DNA from: Hyphomonadaceae bacterium
GTDB lineage: Bacteria > Pseudomonadota > Alphaproteobacteria > Caulobacterales > Hyphomonadaceae
Length of the DNA stretch: 35,098 bases
Direction: 5' to 3'
NCBI GenBank assembly: GCA_041736285.1
Contig: JBGSUF010000052.1
Location: 1-35,098 of the forward strand
Under the pieces are notes generated by a model. The model searched no databases and was not told the origin of the DNA. It saw only the letters and a program-made list of their open reading frames with translations. The position numbers were made by a program, and so were the translations under genes. This document shows, in pieces, positions 27,871 through 35,098 of the stretch (position 1 is the first letter of the stretch; the number at the start of each line of letters is the position of its first letter).

Positions 27871-29202
27871 TCAGAGCTTCGTCCCCCTGCTCTCCTGTAA
27901 ATCCGAAAGAGTTTTGCGGTCAAAGCCGTGAACTGTCGGCCCTCCGCTGTCGCGTAATACCTGTTCCCGCAACTCGGCAACGGCGAACCGCGCGGCCAGC
28001 GGAAAGGACTTTTCCAACTTCGCGAAGGTCTCGGCGAGCCGTGTGACGACATCCGCATCGGTCATCCCGTATCGTGCAATCGCAGCAAAAGCCCGGCAGG
28101 TGACATCCCCCAAATCAAAGACTTCGGTCGCGACGCGCAACTGGCCGCCCTCGTCGAGCCGCATGGGCGAGGGAATCTCCCGGTCGGCCAATCGGCCAAA
28201 GACTTGCCCCAGCCGGTCGATGCAGTAGATCGCGGTGGTGGGGTCGTTGATGCCGGGCGACAGGGAGCGTTGCGCCAGTTCCACGATGCGGCGGATGGCG
28301 AACTCCAGATCCTGATAGGACGTCCGATCCCGTCCGATAACGACCGCGCCGCGCAATTCCTCTTCGATTGCATCCGAAACCCTCGCCTTCGGATACGCTG
28401 CAATCACCCACGCGCCTTCTGTGACGAACACGCCGGGGCGCGCCGTGATCGACAGAACGAGATCATTCCTGGCGGCGATCCGCATCAGCACGTCACCGCC
28501 GATATACTGGACGTAGCCATCTGAATCGGCCGGGATCGGACTGCTGTCAGCCTCGAAATCGCAAGGCAGGGTCTGCCCGGCCGCTGCGTCTGCCTGCCCG
28601 TGGCCAAGTCGCTCGGGAAAGATCTGATCGACGGCGGCGCAGCCCTCGACGGCGAGTTTTTCCAGCAGTGTTTCAACCCGGATCGACGTTGCGATGTGAT
28701 GGATGAAATAGAGCAGCACCGCGACACTCGCCGCCGCCATCAGCACACCAAACGCAACCGCCAGATGGGGGACAAAGCTGGACCCTTCAGTGCCCCGCAC
28801 CGACCTCAGCACGAACAGGCAATACAGAAAGGTTGCGATGAACGTTCCCAAAACGATCTGATTGCTGCGATCGCGCATGAAATTGCCAAGTGTTCGCGGT
28901 CCGAACTGCGAAGAGGCAAGCTGCAACGACAGCATCGTGATCGAAAAGATCAGGCTGGCCACCGTGATCATGGAACTTGCGATCACCGACAGCATGGCCC
29001 GCGCGCCCTCGGGCCCGAAGGTATAGAGCGCGCCCGGATTGTCCGTCTCGGCCACATCGCGCAGGGCATCGACCTCGATGAGCACGAATGAAAGTGCGAC
29101 CGCCACAATCGACATGACGGACGGCACAAACCAGAAGCTGGAGTTGAGCCGTCCCCAGAACGCCGTGACGCGGGTCAGCGAGAATCTGGCAGCCATGAGC
29201 AA
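27871..29202 (-). CDS. DUF2254 domain-containing membrane protein
   Basis: 443-aa ORF. The N-terminal half has about 4 TM helices (SSFWFVPSVMSIVAVALSFVLIEVD..) and the C-terminal half is soluble. Family assignment is from memory of the N-terminal pattern. Confidence 0.6.
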   Translation of the reverse strand: MLMAARFSLTRVTAFWGRLNSSFWFVPSVMSIVAVALSFVLIEVDALRDVAETDNPGALYTFGPEGARAMLSVIASSMITVASLIFSITMLSLQLASSQFGPRTLGNFMRDRSNQIVLGTFIATFLYCLFVLRSVRGTEGSSFVPHLAVAFGVLMAAASVAVLLYFIHHIATSIRVETLLEKLAVEGCAAVDQIFPERLGHGQADAAAGQTLPCDFEADSSPIPADSDGYVQYIGGDVLMRIAARNDLVLSITARPGVFVTEGAWVIAAYPKARVSDAIEEELRGAVVIGRDRTSYQDLEFAIRRIVELAQRSLSPGINDPTTAIYCIDRLGQVFGRLADREIPSPMRLDEGGQLRVATEVFDLGDVTCRAFAAIARYGMTDADVVTRLAETFAKLEKSFPLAARFAVAELREQVLRDSGGPTVHGFDRKTLSDLQESRGTKL

Positions 29203-29242
29203 CTCCTTTCCTGTTGGCGCCGCAAATCTTGAGCGGCATCAG

Positions 29243-30496
29243 TCAACGCACCACCCGCTTGATCACGGTCCGCAGGCTCAGCCCCTGAACGATCAGCGTG
29301 AACAGCACGACGGCATAGGTCGCGGCCAGGAGCGCAGATTTCTCCGCAACCTCCGGCAGCGACAGCGCCAGCGCCACCGAGATACCGCCCCGCAAGCCGC
29401 CCCAGGTCAGCACCGCAATGGTTCCGCGCTCAAACTTGCGGAACGAGCCGAGCAGCATGACCGGACCGCTGACGGCAACCAGCCGGGCGACCAGCACCAG
29501 CGGCACCGCCAGCACCATCAGCCAGCCGAAGGCAGGCTCGAACCGCAGCACCAGCACCTCCAGCCCGATCAGCAGGAAAAGGACCGAGTTCAGCATCTGA
29601 TCGATCAGCGTCCAGAAGCCGAAAAGATAGCGCTCGGACTCATCGCTCAGCGCGTCGCGCGGCCCCCGGCTCCCGACCAGCAAACCCGCGGCCACAACCG
29701 CGAGTGGACCGCTGACCCCCAGCCTGGATGCAATCGCGTAGGTGCCGACGACCAGCGCGAGCGAAATCAGCACTTCGATTGAATAGTCGTCGATGCGGCG
29801 CATGGCGCGGCACGCGACAAAGCCCGTGACAGCGCCAAGAGCCGCACCGCCGACCGCCTCGACTGCAAACATTCGGCCGATCTGCAGGGCGCCGAGAGTG
29901 TCGCCAAGTGCTGCATCGACAATCACGGCGAAAAGGACCACGCCGACGCCGTCGTTGAACAGCGTCTCGCCCGTCATCACGATCTTGAGGTCTTCGGGGA
30001 CTTTTACCTCTTTCAGCGTCGCCAGCACCGCAATCGGGTCGGTGGGGCTGATCAGCGCCCCGAAAGCCAGCGCCCACGGCAGTGAAATCGCAACGCCCAG
30101 CAGACCGGCCGCAGCCCACACGACGCATCCGATGATCGCCGTCGAGACAACGACGCCAATGGTCGCCATCGCGCCAATCGTCATGGCCCGGCTGCGCAGG
30201 GAGACCAGGTCGACTTGCAATGCCCCGGCAAACAACAGGAAGGCGAGCATGCCCTCAAGAACGGTTTTCTGGAAATCGACCTGACGCAGCAGGGCCGCCA
30301 GTCCTTCATAGTTGAACAGCCCCGGCATCACCGTCTCGGCGCCGATGACAACCAGCGAGGCACCAAGCCCCATCACCAACAGGCCGATGGTGTGCGGCAG
30401 CAATGCCAGCCGGAAATTGACCCAGCTGAACGTCGCCGTCAGAACCAGCAAGATTGCGATAAGCTCGAATTGCGACATGGAATTCACCACCGCCAT
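29243..30496 (-). CDS. Cation:proton antiporter (CPA1, NhaP-type Na+/H+ exchanger)
   Basis: 417-aa polytopic membrane protein. ISPTDPIAV and LFNDGVGVVLF are hallmark CPA1 blocks. An alternative start is at 30478 (MSQFELIAILL). Confidence 0.85.
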   Translation of the reverse strand: MAVVNSMSQFELIAILLVLTATFSWVNFRLALLPHTIGLLVMGLGASLVVIGAETVMPGLFNYEGLAALLRQVDFQKTVLEGMLAFLLFAGALQVDLVSLRSRAMTIGAMATIGVVVSTAIIGCVVWAAAGLLGVAISLPWALAFGALISPTDPIAVLATLKEVKVPEDLKIVMTGETLFNDGVGVVLFAVIVDAALGDTLGALQIGRMFAVEAVGGAALGAVTGFVACRAMRRIDDYSIEVLISLALVVGTYAIASRLGVSGPLAVVAAGLLVGSRGPRDALSDESERYLFGFWTLIDQMLNSVLFLLIGLEVLVLRFEPAFGWLMVLAVPLVLVARLVAVSGPVMLLGSFRKFERGTIAVLTWGGLRGGISVALALSLPEVAEKSALLAATYAVVLFTLIVQGLSLRTVIKRVVR

Positions 30497-30568
30497 TTTC
30501 TGGGCGGGACGACATGCGCGCGGCAGACGATGTTGAGGGTCACAAGGTCACGGAGACCACGCCGCACA

Positions 30569-30967
30569 TCAGTCGACGCCATATTCCAGCATTTTCTCCA
30601 GACCGGTCGTCAGGAACTCACCTGCCTCCGGTTGGCCCAGCAGATAGACGCTGACCAGCCCCTCATGCTGCTGGCGTGCAAGGGCTTTGGTCTGCTCCCA
30701 TTCGACGGGTTCCCTGTCGCCACGTCCGATCCAGAAAAGGGCGACCAGCGCGTCCTGCTGTTCGTCGTTCATGCTTTCAATCTCCTGGGTGATCTCGTCG
30801 CGGCTGAGATCGCCCGCGGTTTCCTGCAGGGTCGCGGCCACCTCGTCATCGGACGCATTGCCGCCAAGGTCCGGGATGTCCGTCAATTCCTTCGCCATCA
30901 CGGCGTTGAACCGCAACACAAGGGCCTCGATCCGGGCATCATCAAAAGGTAGCGCAGCCATCGGCAT
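30569..30967 (-). CDS. DUF3775 domain-containing protein
   Basis: LVALFWIGRGD..WEQTKALARQQH..YLLGQPEAGEFLTTGLEKM matches the DUF3775 C-terminal pattern as I recall it. Start set at ATG 30967 (MPMAALPF). Confidence 0.6.
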   Translation of the reverse strand: MPMAALPFDDARIEALVLRFNAVMAKELTDIPDLGGNASDDEVAATLQETAGDLSRDEITQEIESMNDEQQDALVALFWIGRGDREPVEWEQTKALARQQHEGLVSVYLLGQPEAGEFLTTGLEKMLEYGVD

Positions 30968-31201
30968 CTCCCGCTCGTTGAGCCTTCGGGATAGCACGCA
31001 GGCGCTGCGCGGCACTGATGTGGATCATGCCGCGACGCTCGCATTGCCTCACGCTGCACGCTCTTAAACGACCTGTGTTGACCGCTTGACAAGAGCGGCC
31101 CGGGTCGGTCCCGGTCTGCCTTCAGGTTGCCTCACTACGGCGCGGGCAAAGGTCTCGGGGGACATGCGGACGAGGCCGACATTCGATGATATGTTCGCGC
31201 A

Positions 31202-31765
31202 ATGGAAACGAACAATCGCCAGATCATCATCATCCTGAACGGGGTCAGCAGCTCTGGAAAGAGCTCCACCGCCCGCGCACTTCAGGAATTGGCGTCTGTG
31301 CCGCTTCTCCATTTTTCGATGGACAGTTTCCTTGAGATGTTGCCAGAAAAACTGAACAACCACAGCGATGGACTCCTGTTCAATGCCTCGCACGTTGGCG
31401 AAAAGCGGGTCATCTCCATTGAGGTCGGGGCCGTCTGCAACATGCTCTTGTCAGGGATGCGTCACGCGGTTGCAGCCATGGCGCAGCAGGGAAACAGCCT
31501 TATCGTTGATGACGTGATGCTGAATGACGAAGCGACTGAATACCGCGCACTTTTGGAGGGTTACCGTCTCCGGTTTGTACGCCTCAACGCCCCGCTCGAA
31601 GTCTTCGAAGAACGAGAAAGGCGGCGCGGTGATCGGGAGATCGGGCTGGCCCGGGGACAGTATGACATCATCCGTCTTGGTCATGGCTATGACCTTGAAG
31701 TTGATACGTCGGTCAATACGCCCTGTCAGAACGCAAAACTGATATTGGACGCATTTGGACTTTAA
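31202..31765 (+). CDS. Chloramphenicol phosphotransferase-like (CPT family) P-loop kinase
   Basis: IIIILNGVSSSGKSSTARALQ (P-loop) followed by HFSMDSFLEMLP, plus LIVDDVM. Size (187 aa) and layout fit the CPT family. The gene looks less GC-rich than its flanks. Confidence 0.7.
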   Translation: METNNRQIIIILNGVSSSGKSSTARALQELASVPLLHFSMDSFLEMLPEKLNNHSDGLLFNASHVGEKRVISIEVGAVCNMLLSGMRHAVAAMAQQGNSLIVDDVMLNDEATEYRALLEGYRLRFVRLNAPLEVFEERERRRGDREIGLARGQYDIIRLGHGYDLEVDTSVNTPCQNAKLILDAFGL

Positions 31766-31818
31766 CTGGTCGCTGAACGAAATGTCCGCCTTGCGATAAG
31801 GCCCCGGAGGGAAAGCGC

Positions 31819-32322
31819 ATGACTGTGGAAATCAGACCGTTACGCGCTGAAGACTTTGCCGATGCCGGACGCATCTTCTTCTGTGCAATCCATGAGGGCA
31901 CCCGCCATGTCTATACGCGCGAACAAAGACGCGCTTGGGCAGGCGAGACGATAGATCTGCGCGGCTGGGAAGATCGCCTGTCGGGTCTCACCGGCTTCAT
32001 CGCAGAGGAAAACGGCGAGCCGGTCGGGTTTATGACCATTGATAGGACAGGCTATGTCGATCTCGCTTTTGTATTGCCCTCGGCGGCCGGCAAAGGCACG
32101 GGCAGCGCACTCCTTTCTGCGGTCGAGCATTGGGCGGCAGAGCGTGCGGCCCGCCGGCTGACCGCCGCGGCGAGTTTGGCAGCCCGGCCCTTCTTCGAAA
32201 AGCATGGATGGACTGTTCTGCACCGCGAAGAGGTTGAACGTCAGGGCGTCTCCTTGCCGCGATATCAGATGCAGAAAATCGTCGCTCCAGGCGATCAGCA
32301 CGGCATCAAGGCCGCCATCTGA
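31819..32322 (+). CDS. GNAT family N-acetyltransferase
   Basis: 167-aa ORF. IRPLRAEDF, and the acetyl-CoA pocket VLPSAAGKGTGSALL (Q/RxxGxG/A-like), followed by FFEKHGW. Confidence 0.8.
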   Translation: MTVEIRPLRAEDFADAGRIFFCAIHEGTRHVYTREQRRAWAGETIDLRGWEDRLSGLTGFIAEENGEPVGFMTIDRTGYVDLAFVLPSAAGKGTGSALLSAVEHWAAERAARRLTAAASLAARPFFEKHGWTVLHREEVERQGVSLPRYQMQKIVAPGDQHGIKAAI

Positions 32323-32346
32323 CAAATTCACTCGGGGACGTTGGAC

Positions 32347-32374
32347 CCGGTGTCCGGTGTCCGGTGTCCGGTGT
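32347..32374. repeat. Heptanucleotide tandem repeat (CCGGTGT) x4
   Basis: Four perfect copies plus a partial fifth (CGG), starting 25 nt after the GNAT stop codon. Confidence 0.9.
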
Positions 32375-32729
32375 CGGGCGCCCTGCTTGCATCGGAAACC
32401 TCTCATCAGGCGGCGAACACGGGCCAGAACGACGGGCAATGAACTGCGCCACGTCACGGGTGTGCCAGACGATGCGCGGCCCCAACAATGCCGTTCCGTT
32501 TTCGGCCTGCTGATCTGTATCAGCCCACGCGCTGAACCCCTGACTTACAGTTGCGGGAATGGTTGCGGCGTCCGAAATTTCCAAGCGCTCAACGGCTCAT
32601 GGTCCCCGGACGCAGCAAACACCCCGGGCAAGCCAAAGACCAATGAAACCCTCGTTGGCGTTGGTCAGCGTCGCACCGTCCGGCGCGATGGCAAGCCGCA
32701 ATGCAAGAGGCATCCGAAGGACCGAAGAC

Positions 32730-33098
32730 ATGAAAGAGAATGCGAAGTCACCCACGCTGCCCATATCGTCCGCACAGCCCGCGCGCGTCGTCCAGCCGTT
32801 GGTGACGGAAAAAGCGCAAGCCGGTTCCCCGTCGGCCAACGACCTCGGCCAGGGGGTCGACCGGCCCGGCTTTGATCTCGGAGGCTCGACCGGCGACACA
32901 CATGCCGGGAGTGGTCTGGGCCTTGGCGAGGATGCGTTCGAGACGCCGGGAGACAGACGGCTTCCCGGTCGACGGCCGGATAATGACCTGACAATTCCGC
33001 GCTGGAGCGGCCCCGACCCGCATGATGTCACGGTGTCTGACAAGAAGACCGCCGACACCGAAACGCCGCCCGCGCCGGAGACGGAAAAACAGCGCTGA
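32730..33098 (+). CDS. Hypothetical Pro/Gly/Asp-rich, probably disordered protein (122 aa)
   Basis: The ATG is preceded by AAGGA with 8-nt spacing. My hand count gives about 73% G/C at third codon positions, higher than the competing frames I counted (about 61-66%). No recognisable domain. An alternative start at 32643 would add a signal-peptide-like MKPSLALVSVAPSGAMA. Confidence 0.35.
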   Translation: MKENAKSPTLPISSAQPARVVQPLVTEKAQAGSPSANDLGQGVDRPGFDLGGSTGDTHAGSGLGLGEDAFETPGDRRLPGRRPDNDLTIPRWSGPDPHDVTVSDKKTADTETPPAPETEKQR

Positions 33099-33233
33099 TG
33101 CGACGGCGCCCCGGTTCTCGCCGCGCAGCCCACGCTCGCCGCAGCTGCCGATGACGCTCGCGATGACGCTGGCGACAAACCAGTCGGCACAGCGCCCGTC
33201 TGCGTGAACAAGCCCCCCCCAAAAGGACCACCC

Positions 33234-34358
33234 ATGCTGTATGTTGATATCCCCACCCGCCCCGAAATCCGTGCGCTGATTGAAGCCCGCGCCGACGCCT
33301 GCGTGTCGATCTATCTGCCGACAACGCCCCACACCCAGCATATCGACGCCAGTCGTATCGCATTCGGCAACATGACCCGCACGGCGCTGGAACAGCTCGA
33401 AGCCGCAGGCCTGGACAAGCGTCGCCGGGCGGCTCTGGAGGAAAATCTTATTGCGCTGGACGAGGATGACGATTTCTGGCGGCTTCAGGCCAACAGCCTT
33501 GCGGTTCTGGTCACCCCCGACAGCCTGCGCACCTTCCGGCTGGCCACGGATGTCACCGCATTGGTCGAAGTATCGGATCGCTTCCACCTCAAGCCGCTGA
33601 TGCGTGCGCTGGCCTTTCCTCAGCATGCCTTCGTGCTGGCCCTGTCGGAGAATGATGTCCGGCTGGTCGAGGTCTTCGCCGACCATCCTGCAACAGCGGT
33701 CAGCGTCCCGGACCTGCCGGGCAGCGCCGCCGACGCCACCGGCCACGCCTCAGTCAACACCCCCGACGCAGGCTCCGGGCATGGAAACATCCCGGGCCAG
33801 AAGTCACTCTTGCTGAAATACCTGCGCAAGGTGGACGCCGCCCTGCGCCCGGTCCTGGCAGGCCGGGAAACGCCGCTCATCCTCGCTGCGACCGAACCGC
33901 TTGGACCGATGTTCAGCTCGGTCAACAGCTATCCGGGTCTGCTGGCGGAGGGGATTTCGGCAAGCCCCGACAACATGAGTGAGAGCGCGTTGGCGAGTGC
34001 GGCAAGGTCGGTTCTCGATGGACACTACGCCGCGCAGATCGAAGCGGCGACCGCACTCTTTCACGAGCGGGTGGGGTCGCACCGCGCCATCACCGATTTG
34101 CGGGCCGTCGCGCGCGCCGCGACTTTCGGCGCGGTGGATCTGCTGATGGTCGATATCGACGAGGTGATCCCCGGCACGGTTAACGAGACGGACGGCGCAG
34201 TCGCTCTCGCAACGACGCCGGATTCGGCCAGCTATGGCGTGATCGACGAGATTACGGGCCGGGCATTCCTCGCGGGCGGCGAGGTTCTGGCTGTTCGGCG
34301 CGCGGATATGCCGGACGGCGCGGCCGTGGCTGCGATCCTGCGTTATCCGGTGACCTGA
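33234..34358 (+). CDS. baeRF-like protein (bacterial archaeo-eukaryotic release factor family, baeRF3-like)
   Basis: MLYVDIPTRPEIRALIEARADACVSIYLPTTP.., FWRLQANSLAVLVTPDSLRTFRL, VSDRFHLKPLMRAL and the C-terminal AAILRYPV fit my recollection of RefSeq baeRF3 domain proteins. The ATG at 33234 is preceded by AAGGA at 6 nt; the ORF track starts at GTG 33204. Confidence 0.55.
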   Translation: MLYVDIPTRPEIRALIEARADACVSIYLPTTPHTQHIDASRIAFGNMTRTALEQLEAAGLDKRRRAALEENLIALDEDDDFWRLQANSLAVLVTPDSLRTFRLATDVTALVEVSDRFHLKPLMRALAFPQHAFVLALSENDVRLVEVFADHPATAVSVPDLPGSAADATGHASVNTPDAGSGHGNIPGQKSLLLKYLRKVDAALRPVLAGRETPLILAATEPLGPMFSSVNSYPGLLAEGISASPDNMSESALASAARSVLDGHYAAQIEAATALFHERVGSHRAITDLRAVARAATFGAVDLLMVDIDEVIPGTVNETDGAVALATTPDSASYGVIDEITGRAFLAGGEVLAVRRADMPDGAAVAAILRYPVT

Positions 34359-34437
34359 TGCCGGTCGCTCTATGAAGGCCGGAAAATCTTCAAGGTGATG
34401 AGATATTCCGTCTGAAGCAGAAGACTGCCCTGCGGGC

Positions 34438-35022
34438 CTACCCCATGACGGTGTAATGAATCGGCTTGAAAGAACCGTTGTTCGATTGCAGCGCCGAACA
34501 CGCGGTCAGCCCGATCAGCAAATCGCACTCGGCCCTGAACGCAATGCAATCGCCAGCTTTGCTGAGCGGCGGCTCGACGCGGAATGCGCCGGTTGCACCA
34601 TCAACCGGCACATTCATGAAACAGTTGAAGGCGATCGGAATGGCATCTTCCTGGACACCCCAGGGCGCCAACGCCGCTGCGAGATTTCCAAAACATCCCC
34701 GGTGTGGGTTCTCATCTCCGTAGATGATCCGGAACGTGTCCTTCGAACACGGCGTCAGCAGAAAATCATGCCGGCCCACATCGTCTTGTGTGATGGTGAG
34801 GAGTACATTGCTGCGATTGGAATAAAGCTTGTCGCCGGTTGTGAGATAGATGCGGTTGGCATAGTCGAACGTGCGACCGGACGAGATCACTTCGCGAATG
34901 TCGGCCAGGTTGAACGCCAGTAAATCAGCAACCTGTTCCCCCTGCGGATCGGTGACAACGAGCGATTGCCCTCGTTTCAATTCGAATGCAGCGCCGCTGC
35001 GGGGTTGAATGATATTCGTCAT
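34438..35022 (-). CDS. Urea carboxylase-associated family protein (DUF1989)
   Basis: IQPRSGAAFELKRGQSLVVTDPQGEQVADLLAF, HDFLLTPCS, and GLTACSA near the C-terminus are typical of DUF1989. The ATG at 35022 is preceded by GGAGA at 7 nt. Confidence 0.75.
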   Translation of the reverse strand: MTNIIQPRSGAAFELKRGQSLVVTDPQGEQVADLLAFNLADIREVISSGRTFDYANRIYLTTGDKLYSNRSNVLLTITQDDVGRHDFLLTPCSKDTFRIIYGDENPHRGCFGNLAAALAPWGVQEDAIPIAFNCFMNVPVDGATGAFRVEPPLSKAGDCIAFRAECDLLIGLTACSALQSNNGSFKPIHYTVMG

Positions 35023-35098
35023 TTCGCTTTCTCCGTCGCGTGCCGCTGAAACGGGCAACGCCAATCGCTGCCGACGACCCGTCCACTGTATTGACGCG

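Noticed and set aside
32306-33256. Minus-strand ORFs 32306..32584 and 32597..33256, briefly considered as a frameshifted pseudogene (..LAIAPDGATLTNANEGF.. / ..GTALLGPRIVWHTRDVAQFI..).
   Set aside because: I could not place either peptide in a family. My hand-counted third-position GC was only about 61-66%, lower than the plus-strand 32730..33098 frame (about 73%). The first ORF also overlaps the GNAT 3' end. The region is left unassigned rather than called.
32748-33746. A 332-aa minus-strand ORF.
   Set aside because: It is antisense to the baeRF-like gene, which has a good Shine-Dalgarno sequence and a family-like sequence. It is a shadow ORF.

Overview
This is a high-GC chromosomal segment that looks alphaproteobacterial, based on a CpdR-type receiver, RppH and DUF2840/DUF3363 ICE backbone remnants. 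Core genes on the left (rppH, an N-formylglutamate amidohydrolase family gene, cpdR) end at a tRNA-Val(GAC) gene at 2126-2200. From there to about 18.7 kb lies an accessory island. It carries a vapBC-type toxin-antitoxin pair with a perfect 28-bp palindromic operator candidate. It also carries a decayed tyrosine integrase (in-frame TAA, N-terminus replaced by the first ~80 codons of a DUF3363-type relaxase) and a DUF2840 gene, both consistent with ICE remnants. The main cargo is an apparently intact type I-G (formerly I-U) CRISPR-Cas system. Its interference operon (cas3, cas8g2-like, csb1/cas7, csb2) is on the minus strand. It diverges from cas4/cas1, cas2 and a 43-repeat/42-spacer array on the plus strand. 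The distal end of the array abuts the interior of a 5'-truncated IS3-family transposase pseudogene. To the right are a patatin-YHS fusion, a translationally coupled five-gene Rieske/FMN/membrane redox operon, a PHB-depolymerase-family esterase and a CDF transporter. Further right are a Shedu (DUF4263) defence gene in a visibly lower-GC islet, DUF2254, a Na+/H+ antiporter, DUF3775, a CPT-like kinase, a GNAT, a baeRF-like protein and a DUF1989 protein. I do not see convincing evidence for an entirely new multi-gene system. The most novel-looking items are an uncalled small HTH ORF between the divergent cas operons, a 33-bp in-frame duplication in cas7, the patatin-YHS fusion, the uncharacterised redox operon and the baeRF-like gene. 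All family assignments come from reading motifs by eye and from memory; no searches were run.
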